A DNA stretch of 64,000 nt from an uncultured Pseudomonadota bacterium (GCA_964433415.1 CAYSQM010000001.1:11468-75467), one strand, 5' to 3'. Numbered from the stretch's first letter, positions 19,586 to 29,519 are shown. Notes: generated by a model not told the origin, from the sequence alone. Program-made: numbers and translations.

Positions 19586-21535
19586 ATGTTTGTAAGGGTA
19601 AAACTTCTTAATGGTTTTCCAGAACCGCTTTTGTATAAAATTCCTGATTCATGGGAAATAAAACCTACGCAAGGTTCATTACTTTCTGTGCCATTACGTG
19701 ATGTATTAGTCCCAGGATTTGTTTTAGATTGGACAGAGACTGCGCCATTTACTACCTTTGATATTCGTCCAGCTCACTCATTAGAGGCATTTCCTCGTGA
19801 TCCTTATTATTTTGAATTTGTTAAATTAATTAGCGCTTATTATCGTACCGATTGTGTCTATACTATTAAGCGATTACAAAATTTTTTATCAAAAAAAACT
19901 GAACAATTAGTTATTGAACCGCATGTACCGTTGGGTGATCAACAAGAAGTTAATTTAACTGAAGAACAGCAAGCAGTAGTTGATTTTTTGACTCCATGCA
20001 TAAGTGTACCAGTTTATCAACCTACAGTGCTTCATGGAGTTACTGGTTCTGGGAAAACAGAGGTTTATAAAAAATTAATTTTACATGCTTTGACTCAAAA
20101 AAAATCGGTTTTATTATTGTTGCCAGAAGTTACTTTAGCAGTACAATTTGAAAAACTTTTAAAGCGTCAATTGCCCTTAAATATGCCAATTTTTAGTTTT
20201 CATTGTGCAACAAGCGCTAGGGATCGTAAGCAGCTTTGGGCAAATCTATTGCAAGAAAAACCGCAATTAATTATTGGGGTTCATTTGCCTATTTTATTGC
20301 CACTGCCAAATCTTGGATTAATTATTATTGACGAAGAACATGAAGTTGGATTTCAGGAAAAAAAACATCCTAAATTTAATACAAAAGATATAGCGCTAAT
20401 GTGTGCATCTAGTCATAAGATTCCTATTTTATTAGGTTCAGCAACGCCATCATTGCAAACATTACATAATGTGCAAACGCGTCAATGGAAATTTTTTCAA
20501 TTAAAAAAACGATTTGCAGGCGCTTTTCCTTTGATAGAATTTGTGCAGTTAGCTGATAAAAAACAGCGTAAAAGTTTTTGGATAAGTACTCAATTGCACG
20601 CAGCATTAAAAGAGAATATACAAAAAAAAGAGCAATCTATTATTTTTTTAAATAGGCGTGGAATGGGTTTTTTTGTGCAATGTAAAGCATGTTCATTTGT
20701 TTTTATGTGTCGATCTTGTTCAGTTAGTTTGACGCCTCATAAAGATAATTTACTCAAATGTCATTATTGTTCTTATCAACAAAAGAAACCAGAAACTTGC
20801 ACTAAATGTTTAAGTGCTGAATTGATTTCTAAAGGTATTGGCACGCAACAGGTAGTGACTATTCTTGAACGGATGTTTCCTAATGCATCTATTGCACGAG
20901 CAGATATGGATTCAACGGTGGATCGAAAATTGTGGACTCATGTGATGGATGGGTTTGAGCGTGGAGATATTGATATTTTAGTGGGTACTCAGACAATTAC
21001 TAAGGGTTATCATTTTCCCAATGTCACTTTAGTAGGCGTTTTGTGGGCGGATGTTAATTTGAATTTTCCATTATATAATGCTCAAGAAACAACTTTGCAG
21101 CAAATTATTCAAGTAGCAGGTAGGGCAGGAAGACAGCATTTAGGAAGTAAGGTTATTGTTCAGTCGCTTGCAGATCATACACTTTTTAAATTTGTAAACG
21201 AAACCGATTATCCGGCTTATTATAAGTACGAAATTGAAAAGCGCAAAGAGCTTGGTTATCCTCCAACAAAGCGCCTTGCTGAAATTGAAGTTAAACATAA
21301 AAATGAACAAATTTTAGAAAAAGATGCAGCACGTTTAGCATTTGAATTAATGAGTTGTTCTGATATTAAGGTTCTAGGACCCGCGCAACCACCAGTTGCA
21401 AAAATTAAAGAATTATTTAGTAGAAAAATTTATATAAAATCAGATAATTTTACAGCGATAAATAATGCACTTAATAAAATTAATATAAAATATTACAAAG
21501 TAAAAATTTATTTTACACCTAATCCACAAGTTTGA
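19586..21535 (+). CDS. priA: primosomal replication protein N-prime (PriA helicase)
   Basis: Walker A GVTGSGKTEVY, DEEH box, and Cys-rich zinc region CKACS..CRSCS..CHYCS..CTKC. Confidence 0.9.
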   Translation: MFVRVKLLNGFPEPLLYKIPDSWEIKPTQGSLLSVPLRDVLVPGFVLDWTETAPFTTFDIRPAHSLEAFPRDPYYFEFVKLISAYYRTDCVYTIKRLQNFLSKKTEQLVIEPHVPLGDQQEVNLTEEQQAVVDFLTPCISVPVYQPTVLHGVTGSGKTEVYKKLILHALTQKKSVLLLLPEVTLAVQFEKLLKRQLPLNMPIFSFHCATSARDRKQLWANLLQEKPQLIIGVHLPILLPLPNLGLIIIDEEHEVGFQEKKHPKFNTKDIALMCASSHKIPILLGSATPSLQTLHNVQTRQWKFFQLKKRFAGAFPLIEFVQLADKKQRKSFWISTQLHAALKENIQKKEQSIIFLNRRGMGFFVQCKACSFVFMCRSCSVSLTPHKDNLLKCHYCSYQQKKPETCTKCLSAELISKGIGTQQVVTILERMFPNASIARADMDSTVDRKLWTHVMDGFERGDIDILVGTQTITKGYHFPNVTLVGVLWADVNLNFPLYNAQETTLQQIIQVAGRAGRQHLGSKVIVQSLADHTLFKFVNETDYPAYYKYEIEKRKELGYPPTKRLAEIEVKHKNEQILEKDAARLAFELMSCSDIKVLGPAQPPVAKIKELFSRKIYIKSDNFTAINNALNKINIKYYKVKIYFTPNPQV

Positions 21536-21561
21536 AAATATGTATATTTTTACTTATTTTT

Positions 21562-22320
21562 TTATTCTTTATTCTCTTCTTGATCAAAAGCTTCGCTTGC
21601 TAAACGTTTTTGAGAACTTTGATCATTATGAATAAATTTTCCATGGGCTTTTAATTCAGATAGAATTTTGTATCCATGAGCGCAACCAGGATAAGTGCAT
21701 TTATATGGTTTTGTGTCGCCATGTAATGCAAGAGAGTGTGATTTCAAGGTGGAACTGCAGTTAAATGTCTTATTACAATGAAAACATTCAAAAGGTTTTA
21801 TGCCAGTATGAGAACATAAGTGTATCGTCAAATTAGACTGGCTAGTGTATGATTTATTACAATCAGGATAAGTGCATTTATACGGGGTTTCTTTAGTATG
21901 GACAGGCATATGACATTTAATGTGCTGTCTATAATCACTTGAATAGTCACATTCATTACATTTAAATTTTTCACCCTCATCTTTTTGTGCTCTTTCAATA
22001 GAATTAAAAGCTAAAGAAGCGATATGTGATTTAAACATTCCTCCTGTTTGCGGATTAAAGACTGGATTGGTTAATGGACCAGTCTTTTTATGCGCGTAAT
22101 TTTTAAGAAAGTTGTTAACTGAACCTTTTGTATCATCTTCATTTTTGCAAGTTCTTAAATGAACTTGTAGCTCAGAAGCTTCAGCATAAGTGAATTCACA
22201 CTCAGCGTTATGGCATTTTTTAACATCTTTTAAATTAGTTCTATTGACAGAGGCATCATCTTGTTGACTGCTATATAAACAACTTGTAAATAAAAAGGTA
22301 GTTAATAATATTTTTTTCAT
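21562..22320 (-). CDS. secreted protein with four tandem eukaryote-type C2H2 zinc fingers
   Basis: The ATG at 22320 gives signal peptide MKKILLTTFLFTSCLYSS. Fingers: FKCNECDYSSDYRQHIKCHMPVH, YKCTYPDCNKSYTSQSNLTIHLCSH, FECFHCNKTFNCSSTLKSHSLALH, YKCTYPGCAHGYKILSELKAHGKFIH. TGEKP-like linkers: HTKETPYKC, HTGIKPFEC, HGDTKPYKC. Confidence 0.8.
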   Translation of the reverse strand: MKKILLTTFLFTSCLYSSQQDDASVNRTNLKDVKKCHNAECEFTYAEASELQVHLRTCKNEDDTKGSVNNFLKNYAHKKTGPLTNPVFNPQTGGMFKSHIASLAFNSIERAQKDEGEKFKCNECDYSSDYRQHIKCHMPVHTKETPYKCTYPDCNKSYTSQSNLTIHLCSHTGIKPFECFHCNKTFNCSSTLKSHSLALHGDTKPYKCTYPGCAHGYKILSELKAHGKFIHNDQSSQKRLASEAFDQEENKE

Positions 22321-22476
22321 TTGTTCTCTGTTTTTAATAAATATAAATAATCTCAATGTTTTTAGTATGCGCTAATTGAAATTAACTTCAATTATAATGT
22401 TTGAAATTATTTATATTTATTAAAACAATTATTTTTGAATGAAAAATTTTAAAAATAAAATGAATTAAAAATTAGT

Positions 22477-23067
22477 CTATTCTGAATCATTGACTTGTTT
22501 TTTTACCATTTTTTCTGTTTCAATTTTTTTCTTAGGTTCTTTTATTGAGATGATTTTAATTGATTTAAGTGCCTGGAAATGAATCTCTTTTTCTTCTAGG
22601 GTTTCTCCTTGAATTTTTCCGCAAGTAATAGTTCTGTTTGCTTCAATTAAGTATGTATCAGATTCGCCTTTAGTGGGGGTAAAAGTAACAGCGATATAAT
22701 CACGGCCTTTGAAGGTTTCTAATTTTCCTGGATTTTTCACTTCGATAGAATTTTTAAAATCATCTTTTAAGTGCATTAATTCAATTAAATCGATGTATGT
22801 TTTATTAATAGTTGGATCGATATCGGGAGCTGTAGGACGAGAGTACACAGAAATTTTATTATATTTTCTTGATATGCAAATATTGTGAGCTTCAAATTCA
22901 TTTCCTGATGTATCAAGAACTATTCCATAAAAATTAACATCTGGTTCGCTACCTGTACCATCAATATTAGTATTATTTGTGGTGTCTCCCATATTTATAC
23001 AAAAAATAATGGCAATTAATGTTGAAGCAAGTCTTAACGAATTATTTTTTAAAAATGTTTTTTTCAT
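22477..23067 (-). CDS. secreted hypothetical protein
   Basis: The ATG at 23067 is preceded by GAGGG with 7-nt spacing. Leader MKKTFLKNNSLRLASTLIAIIFCINMG. No motif recognised. Confidence 0.6.
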   Translation of the reverse strand: MKKTFLKNNSLRLASTLIAIIFCINMGDTTNNTNIDGTGSEPDVNFYGIVLDTSGNEFEAHNICISRKYNKISVYSRPTAPDIDPTINKTYIDLIELMHLKDDFKNSIEVKNPGKLETFKGRDYIAVTFTPTKGESDTYLIEANRTITCGKIQGETLEEKEIHFQALKSIKIISIKEPKKKIETEKMVKKQVNDSE

Positions 23068-23301
23068 AAAAATGCCCTCAATCAAGGTTTTTAAAAATTT
23101 ATTAATTTTCTTAAAAAGATTCTACTCTTAATTGGCACTTTACTATAAATTTTTTTTAAAAGACAAGCTTAGCTTTGGTTCTGTTTGCCCAAAAAATCTA
23201 AAAAGAGTAAACTAAGATTAAATTACATTCGTTTTCATTCTACTATGACGTAATCTTTTGTGGATTATGGGGTATACATTTACTAAAGAAAGGGACTTGT
23301 T

Positions 23302-23988
23302 ATGTTGAATAGAGAATCTAGTGGGGTGCAAGCATCTCAAGGATTTATGTCTAAAGTATATGGGTTAATGGGAATTGCTCTTGCAATTACTGCAGCGGTT
23401 GCATTTTTTGTGGCATCAACTCCAGAAGTTTTTAAAGTTGTGGTTAATTCGCCTTTAGTGTTTGTGCTTATGTTAGCGCAAGTTGGTCTTGTTTTATTTT
23501 TATCATGGAAAATTAAAGAGTTAAGTTATGCTTCAGCGGTGACCGCTTTTTTAGCATATTCAGCGCTTTCTGGTATTACTTTTTCTGTCTTTTTTCATAT
23601 TTATACCATTGAATCAATTTATTTAGTTTTTGCAGTTACTGCAGGAATGTTTGTTTCCATGGCTCTTTATGGTTATTTTACTAAATCTGATTTAACGGCA
23701 ATGGGTAGTTTTTTAGTAATGGGTCTTTTTGGAATTATTATTGCAATGTTTGCAAATATGTTTTTTAAAAGCCCAGTTGTTGATTACTACATTTCATTAA
23801 TTGGTGTTGGTCTTTTTACTTTATTGACTGCTTATGATGTTCAAAAAATTAAAAATATGGGCCAATATGGTATCTTGAGCCAGGAAGATAAAAATAAGGT
23901 AGCAATACTCGGAGCTTTAACCTTATATCTAGATTTTATTAATTTGTTTATTTATTTATTACGTCTTTTAGGTAAAAAGAAAGACTAA
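23302..23988 (+). CDS. BAX inhibitor-1/YccA family membrane protein
   Basis: About 7 TM helices. N-terminal GFMSKVYGLMGIALAITA and a basic C-terminal tail, typical of the BI-1/YccA family. Confidence 0.75.
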   Translation: MLNRESSGVQASQGFMSKVYGLMGIALAITAAVAFFVASTPEVFKVVVNSPLVFVLMLAQVGLVLFLSWKIKELSYASAVTAFLAYSALSGITFSVFFHIYTIESIYLVFAVTAGMFVSMALYGYFTKSDLTAMGSFLVMGLFGIIIAMFANMFFKSPVVDYYISLIGVGLFTLLTAYDVQKIKNMGQYGILSQEDKNKVAILGALTLYLDFINLFIYLLRLLGKKKD

Positions 23989-24014
23989 CTAAATTTTATT
24001 TTACAAAAAGTATT

Positions 24015-24060
24015 AAGAGCCTTGATTAGTTTTAATTGAACTAAAAAAGGCTCTTTTTTT
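24015..24060 (+). terminator. rho-independent terminator candidate
   Basis: aagagcc ... ggctctt outer stem with an inner ttagtt/aactaa stem, followed by a T-run. Confidence 0.6.
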
Positions 24061-24226
24061 ATGTCTGTTTGACCTTTTTTCTCACTATGGTACTCTTAAC
24101 TTACACTAAGTTACTTATCTTAATCTGCCACAAAAGGCATCTTTTTATTCTTACTTTAAGTAGAGAATAATCTTATTATTGTGAAGTTTTTAACAAGATA
24201 TTGAGTAAATTTTATAAAGGTAAAGC

Positions 24227-26137
24227 ATGATACAGTTACAGGATATACAACTTTTTTTTGGAACGCAGGCAGTTTTTGATGATATTTCTGCAATTATACA
24301 AAATTATGACCGTATAGGGTTAGTGGGCAGAAATGGTTCAGGAAAAACCACACTACTTAAAGCAATTGTTGGAATACAAAAACTTGATGGTGGCGTTGTT
24401 ACTATTAGTGGTGGTTGTAAAGTCGCTTATCTTCCACAGGAAGTGGTAATGAGTAGTACTCGTTCTATTATAGAAGAAGTTCTTGCTGGTCATGAAGAGA
24501 TTGGGAAATTGCGTGATAGCATGTTTGTTCTCGAGCCATTGGTTGAAGCTGGCGATGCTGAAGCAGTAAATGAGTATGGTTCAGTTATTCAACGTCTTGC
24601 TGAATTAGAAGTTGATTCAGTTATTTTACAAGTTAAAGATATGTTGCGTGGACTTGGGTTTAAAGAAGAGCAGTTTAATGATGGCGTAATGACGTTTAGT
24701 GTTGGTTGGCAGATGCGTGTTGTTCTTGCAAAAATGTTGCTTTCTAATGCAGATTTTTATCTTTTTGATGAACCTACTAACCATTTAGATATTGTTGCTA
24801 AAGATTGGTTTTTAAATTTTGTTAAACATTCTTCGTTTGGCTTCTTGTTAGTATGTCATGAAAAATATTTTATGAATCAGTTATGCACCGAAATTTATGA
24901 CCTTGAGCGTGGAAAAGCCACTATTTATAGCGGGAATTATGATGCTTTTGAAGAACAAAAAGAACATAATTTAAATACATTGCTACAAGCATATACTTTG
25001 CAACAAAAAGAGATTAAGAAAAAAGAAGAATTGATTGCTAAATTTAAAGCAAAAGCAAGTAAAGCAACCATGGCAAAGAGCATGGAAAAGGCTTTAGATA
25101 GGATGGATGTTATTGAAATTCCTCCAAAACCTCGTAATGTTAATTTTAACTTTGGTGATGTGCAACGAGCTGGAAAAATTGTTTTTACCGCAGAAAATAT
25201 TGGATATTCATTTGAAGAAAAACAGATTTTTAATAATGTTAGTTTCCAAATTGAGCGTGGTGAAAAAGTAGCTTTAATTGCAGCAAATGGTGTTGGTAAA
25301 ACAACATTATTTAATGTTTTGTCTGGTAAGTATAAGTTGCAAACTGGGACTATGGAATTAGGGTACAATGTTATAACAGCAGTTTTTGAGCAAGAACAAC
25401 ATAAGGTTCTTGATCCTAATAAAACAGTTCTTGAGGAAGTATTTAAGAATGTAACTAAAAAATCTGAAGAAATGATTAGATCCTTCTTAGGAGCATTTTT
25501 ATTTGGTCGCCAAGAGATTGTAAAAAAAACAAAAGTATTAAGTGGTGGTGAGAAAAATCGTTTAAGTATGGTTAAAGTTTTGTTGCAAGATGCTAACTTC
25601 TTGTTGCTTGATGAACCTACTAACCATTTGGATATTCCTTCAAAAGAAATTTTATTACGAGCATTAGATCAGTTTCAGGGAACTGTGCTTTTTGTGTCGC
25701 ATGATCAGGACTTTGTAAATACATTGGCAACGCGTGTTTTTGAGCTGACGCCACATGGTATTAATAGTTATCATGGTAACTATGAATCATATTTGCAACA
25801 AAAAGCAGAAGCAGAACAGTATGAAAAACGCCAAGCTAAAGCAGCTGCACTTGTTGGTCCTAAAGGTGCTCCTGTTGTCTCTAAGGTCCGTTCAACTGAA
25901 CTTGATATCTTATTAAATAATGCTAATGAATATGACATTAGAAAAGCATTACAAAAAATTGAACGTAAAGTTGCCAATTTAGAACGTGATTTAACCAAGA
26001 TTCAAGCAAGCTTTGCAGATATTGAATATGGTACGTCAGAATTTACCACTCAACAAGCAAAATTAAGTCAGGTTGAAGCAGATCTTAAAGAGTGTAATCT
26101 TGATTGGGAGCAACTGTTTGCTCAATTAAAGAGTTAA
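24227..26137 (+). CDS. ABC-F family ATPase (Uup/YheS-like, no TM domain)
   Basis: Two cassettes: Walker A GRNGSGKTT and ANGVGKTT, signature LSGGEKNRL, and two DEPTNHLD Walker B motifs. C-terminal coiled coil. Confidence 0.88.
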   Translation: MIQLQDIQLFFGTQAVFDDISAIIQNYDRIGLVGRNGSGKTTLLKAIVGIQKLDGGVVTISGGCKVAYLPQEVVMSSTRSIIEEVLAGHEEIGKLRDSMFVLEPLVEAGDAEAVNEYGSVIQRLAELEVDSVILQVKDMLRGLGFKEEQFNDGVMTFSVGWQMRVVLAKMLLSNADFYLFDEPTNHLDIVAKDWFLNFVKHSSFGFLLVCHEKYFMNQLCTEIYDLERGKATIYSGNYDAFEEQKEHNLNTLLQAYTLQQKEIKKKEELIAKFKAKASKATMAKSMEKALDRMDVIEIPPKPRNVNFNFGDVQRAGKIVFTAENIGYSFEEKQIFNNVSFQIERGEKVALIAANGVGKTTLFNVLSGKYKLQTGTMELGYNVITAVFEQEQHKVLDPNKTVLEEVFKNVTKKSEEMIRSFLGAFLFGRQEIVKKTKVLSGGEKNRLSMVKVLLQDANFLLLDEPTNHLDIPSKEILLRALDQFQGTVLFVSHDQDFVNTLATRVFELTPHGINSYHGNYESYLQQKAEAEQYEKRQAKAAALVGPKGAPVVSKVRSTELDILLNNANEYDIRKALQKIERKVANLERDLTKIQASFADIEYGTSEFTTQQAKLSQVEADLKECNLDWEQLFAQLKS

Positions 26138-26188
26138 ATTAACGGGCATCCATTCTTTGGTATCTAGTAAATAAATAGTTTAAAATTT

Positions 26189-26213
26189 AAAGGGTGTGAA
26201 AACACCCTTTTTT
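26189..26213 (+). terminator. rho-independent terminator between convergent genes
   Basis: aaagggtgt-gaaa-acacccttt followed by a T run. May serve both convergent genes. Confidence 0.75.
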
Positions 26214-26218
26214 AGTCT

Positions 26219-27532
26219 TTATAATTTAAATGATATTTCATGTCGTAATTTAAAAATGCCATACATATTAATAATTAATAAAGCAGCACCAATTACAGAC
26301 ATAATAGTTAAGATATGTGATTCATTTCCAACAAATGAAAAAAATAAAAAAGAAAAAATTCCATAGATAATATAAAGTTTCTCGCCATAACGAGGACTTA
26401 AATAAAGGGCTGATTTTTTGCCAGCTGCAAAGAAAGCAATCAATGATGAATAGCCAAGGAGCGCTATAAAAAATGGCCAAATGATATTCATGTAAGGTAC
26501 ATGGTTGCCAAGAGCAACTGCAACAATTTCAGCTTCATGAATCGGTTGATTCCAAAGATCTGTTGAAATGATTAACAAAACGCTTAACGATGAAACTACA
26601 AATGTATCTAAAAATACACCAAAAATTCCTAAGGATGCTTGTTTTTCTGCATTTTGCTCTTGAGATTCAGCATGAATAATTGATGCATAGCCAACACCAA
26701 TGTCTCCTGAATAACAGGCCCGTTTTACTCCTTGAGAAATAGTTAAAAGCAATCCACTTCCTGCAAAGGCTCCCCAAGCAGCTTGACCAGTAAATGCTGA
26801 ACTGAAAATTAGATTGAGTGCATTAATAAAAGCAGTAGTATTTTGAGTGAATGACCAGAAACTAATTAATAGGTAACCGGTAATAAATAATGGTACAATA
26901 TAAAGACTTATTTTTCCAACAGTATCAAGACCGCCTTTTTCAGCTATTAAGATTGCAGCAAGTAGAAAAAAAACAGAAAAAGAATAGTTCATTCCCCAAC
27001 CAACAGTAACGCTATGGGTGACAATTCTGAACATATAAATTTCGATACCATAGACACATAATAAAATACAAAATAATGTTGAAAGAATGCCTGATTGATC
27101 AACCTTTTTAAGGTAGTACATGGGGCCGCCATCATAGCTATTATCTTTATTGGGAACTCGGTAAAGCATGCCTAAATAGATTTCTGAATATTTTACAATC
27201 ATACCAATGAGTGCGGTAAGCCACATCCAAAAAACTGCTCCTGGGCCACCAATTTGAACCGCTGTGCAGACACCAACAACATTTCCAATACCAATACATC
27301 CGCCAATAGAAGCAAAAAATGCGCGCAATCTTCCAATGCCTCGATATTCTTCAGGTTCTTTTTTTTCAAGAAATGATAAAAACAGTGTGCTTACTCTTTT
27401 AAATTTAAAGATTTGCACCCATCCAGATTTAAAAGAAAGGTAAACTCCCACAAGAACAACTATTGGAACGCTTAAATAGCTCCAGGTGATATTGTCTGCA
27501 AAATCAAGAAGGCTAAAAAATCGTTCAATCAT
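26219..27532 (-). CDS. alanine/glycine:cation symporter (AGCS) family transporter
   Basis: Polytopic membrane protein with the AGCS-like motif QIGGPGAVFWMWLTALIGM. Confidence 0.8.
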   Translation of the reverse strand: MIERFFSLLDFADNITWSYLSVPIVVLVGVYLSFKSGWVQIFKFKRVSTLFLSFLEKKEPEEYRGIGRLRAFFASIGGCIGIGNVVGVCTAVQIGGPGAVFWMWLTALIGMIVKYSEIYLGMLYRVPNKDNSYDGGPMYYLKKVDQSGILSTLFCILLCVYGIEIYMFRIVTHSVTVGWGMNYSFSVFFLLAAILIAEKGGLDTVGKISLYIVPLFITGYLLISFWSFTQNTTAFINALNLIFSSAFTGQAAWGAFAGSGLLLTISQGVKRACYSGDIGVGYASIIHAESQEQNAEKQASLGIFGVFLDTFVVSSLSVLLIISTDLWNQPIHEAEIVAVALGNHVPYMNIIWPFFIALLGYSSLIAFFAAGKKSALYLSPRYGEKLYIIYGIFSFLFFSFVGNESHILTIMSVIGAALLIINMYGIFKLRHEISFKL

Positions 27533-27550
27533 TACACTTACTCCTTGTAA

Positions 27551-28009
27551 TTATTCGTTGTCCTCATCATCAAACTCTATTTCGCTTAAATCAAAATCTT
27601 CTTCGCCTTCAATGGCTTCTGGATATTTATCAGGGTTAGCTTCGCAATACGCATACATATCACAGGTTTCAGGAATTTCAGCATATTCAACATAGAGACG
27701 TTTTTCAAAACCACCGCGTTCACTATTTTTTTGTTTCTTAGCCGCTGCTATTTCTTCTGGGCTTACTTTAATCAGTTTTTTGAATACATCAAATATATCT
27801 TCTAAATCGGCAAGCTCTGATATAAGTTCTTCTTTGGTTTCTGACTGGAAAACTTCATCTAATTCTTCAACTATTTTTTGACTTACTGCTTCAAGAAAGT
27901 CTTTATCTTTTTTGAGACTCTTTAAGTGAACGATTGCTCCTTGATCTTCCAGTTTTTTTATACTTTTATCGCGTACTAATTTGTCGAACAAAAAAGATTT
28001 CATTTTCAT
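27551..28009 (-). CDS. MazG-like nucleotide pyrophosphohydrolase family protein with acidic tail
   Basis: The ATG at 28009 is preceded by AAGGA. KLVRDK opening and EELDEV / ELADLEDIF helices are typical of small all-alpha NTP-PPase (MazG/PRA-PH-like) proteins. C-terminus is EGEEDFDLSEIEFDDEDNE. Confidence 0.45.
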   Translation of the reverse strand: MKMKSFLFDKLVRDKSIKKLEDQGAIVHLKSLKKDKDFLEAVSQKIVEELDEVFQSETKEELISELADLEDIFDVFKKLIKVSPEEIAAAKKQKNSERGGFEKRLYVEYAEIPETCDMYAYCEANPDKYPEAIEGEEDFDLSEIEFDDEDNE

Positions 28010-28202
28010 AAAGTTCCTTGCAAGAGACCAGTAATATTTACTTAGAAAGTGTACCATGGAAAACTAAAGGACCGAAACAATTTTTTAATAGAGCTTTATT
28101 TTAACGATCGGCTACGTTATATTTAAACTTTACTACAATGTGGCTTCTTTTTGGAATATTAATCAATTAATGGAATTGTAGCTTTCTAAAGCTGCATAGA
28201 AA

Positions 28203-28293
28203 TGGAGGAGAGAGTGGGATTCGAACCCACGATCCGCTATTAACGGATAACGGTTTTCAAGACCGTCGCTATCGACCACTCAGCCATCTCTCC
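28203..28293 (-). tRNA. tRNA-Ser (anticodon UGA), CCA encoded
   Basis: The reverse complement GGAGAGATGGCTGAGTGGTCGATAGCGACGGTCTTGAAAACCGT...GGTTCGAATCCCACTCTCTCCTCCA folds as a cloverleaf with a long variable arm. Anticodon loop is CTTGAAA. Confidence 0.9.
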
Positions 28294-28475
28294 AGCAATA
28301 ATTAACACTTTTAAATTCAGAACAAATTCAAAAGTGTTAATTATTATAGTAGATAATTATAAAACACGCAACTCCATTATGCCAAATTATTGATTTAATA
28401 TTAATCATTATGGCATTTTATTACTGTGTTTTTAAAAAATAGGGCGAATTTTTATTTTTAATAAAAGGGAAATTA

Positions 28476-29450
28476 ATGAATAGAAAAATTTCTATAGGGG
28501 CGTTATCTTTTGGACTGATTGTTTTTTCTAGTTATGCTACGAATATTTTTACTGATATATGTGCAGAATTAAGGCGTGATGCTTTGATGATGGGTATTGC
28601 ACCAGACTTAGTTGATAATGTTATTAGTTCATTGAAATTTAAAAAAGATATTGTAAAGAAAGATTCTAATCAGCCAGCAATAATAGAAACAACTGAATCT
28701 TATGTAGCCCAACGTGTAAGGCCTAGTCGTATTGAATTTGGTAAAAATTTTTTATATCAAGAAAAACATAAATTTAATGAAATTTGTAAGAAATTTGGAG
28801 TTGATTTTGAACTACTTATTAGTTTGTGGGCAGTAGAAACAGACTTTGGTACTAATATGGGTAAGTTTGAAAGCTTTTCTGCCATGGCTACTTTAATGAC
28901 AACTCGTCGTTCTTCATTTTTTAAAAAAGAATTTTTAAGCTTATTGCAATTAGTACACCAAGGATTAGTAAATATTGGTAATTTAGTAGGTGAATGGGCA
29001 GGGGCTCATGGGCATTTTCAATTCATGCCAACGACTATTGCAAAATACGGAGTAGATTATGATGGCGATGGAGTGATTGATTTAAAAGGGTCTTTACAAG
29101 ATGCATTTGCTTCTGCAGCAAATTATATGAAAGTGCTTGGTTGGAAATATGGACAACCATGGGGTTACAAAGTGAGTATTTTAGAGCCATTGTCTGACAA
29201 TTTGGTGTCAGTAAGTAGCAGACAATTAAAAGCAAAAATGCCATTAAAGGATTGGTTAGCTTTAGGGATTATTCCTTATAATACTGAATATGTAAATTAT
29301 CAAGAATTACCAGCATGGTTAATGGTAGTAGATGGTGAAGTTAATAAATATTATCTAATATTTGATAACTTTAAATCGGTCTTGCGTTGGAATAATTCAT
29401 TTAAATATGGCTTAATGGTATGTTCTTTAATGGATATGATTAAAAATTAA
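28476..29450 (+). CDS. mltB: lytic murein transglycosylase (MltB family)
   Basis: Signal peptide, plus SLWAVETDFGTNMG and EWAGAHGHFQFMPTT motifs matching the MltB/Slt2 family. Confidence 0.8.
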   Translation: MNRKISIGALSFGLIVFSSYATNIFTDICAELRRDALMMGIAPDLVDNVISSLKFKKDIVKKDSNQPAIIETTESYVAQRVRPSRIEFGKNFLYQEKHKFNEICKKFGVDFELLISLWAVETDFGTNMGKFESFSAMATLMTTRRSSFFKKEFLSLLQLVHQGLVNIGNLVGEWAGAHGHFQFMPTTIAKYGVDYDGDGVIDLKGSLQDAFASAANYMKVLGWKYGQPWGYKVSILEPLSDNLVSVSSRQLKAKMPLKDWLALGIIPYNTEYVNYQELPAWLMVVDGEVNKYYLIFDNFKSVLRWNNSFKYGLMVCSLMDMIKN

Positions 29451-29456
29451 GTTAAA

Positions 29457-29492
29457 AGTAGGAGATTATTATTTTATTATTAATCTCCTACT
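29457..29492. terminator. 12-bp stem hairpin between convergent genes
   Basis: agtaggagatta - 12 nt loop - taatctcctact. Short T runs lie on both sides. Confidence 0.5.
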
Positions 29493-29519
29493 GAATTTTA
29501 ATAATAAAATAATAATTTA

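Noticed and set aside
24937-25368. 143-aa antisense ORF inside the ABC-F gene. Similar antisense ORFs occur in alaS, polA, leuS, bamA, ftsI and murB (e.g. 14960-15247, 16971-17180, 47133-47348, 39612-39863).
   Set aside because: They lie entirely within strongly supported genes on the opposite strand. Their products are low-complexity or hydrophobic nonsense with no RBS, so they are shadow ORFs.
24227-26137. ABC-F protein as an antibiotic-resistance (ARE) determinant
   Set aside because: Subfamily assignment (ARE versus Uup/YheS/EttA housekeeping) needs linker-level alignment, which I cannot do by eye. Its size and C-terminal coiled coil fit Uup/YheS-type housekeeping factors.
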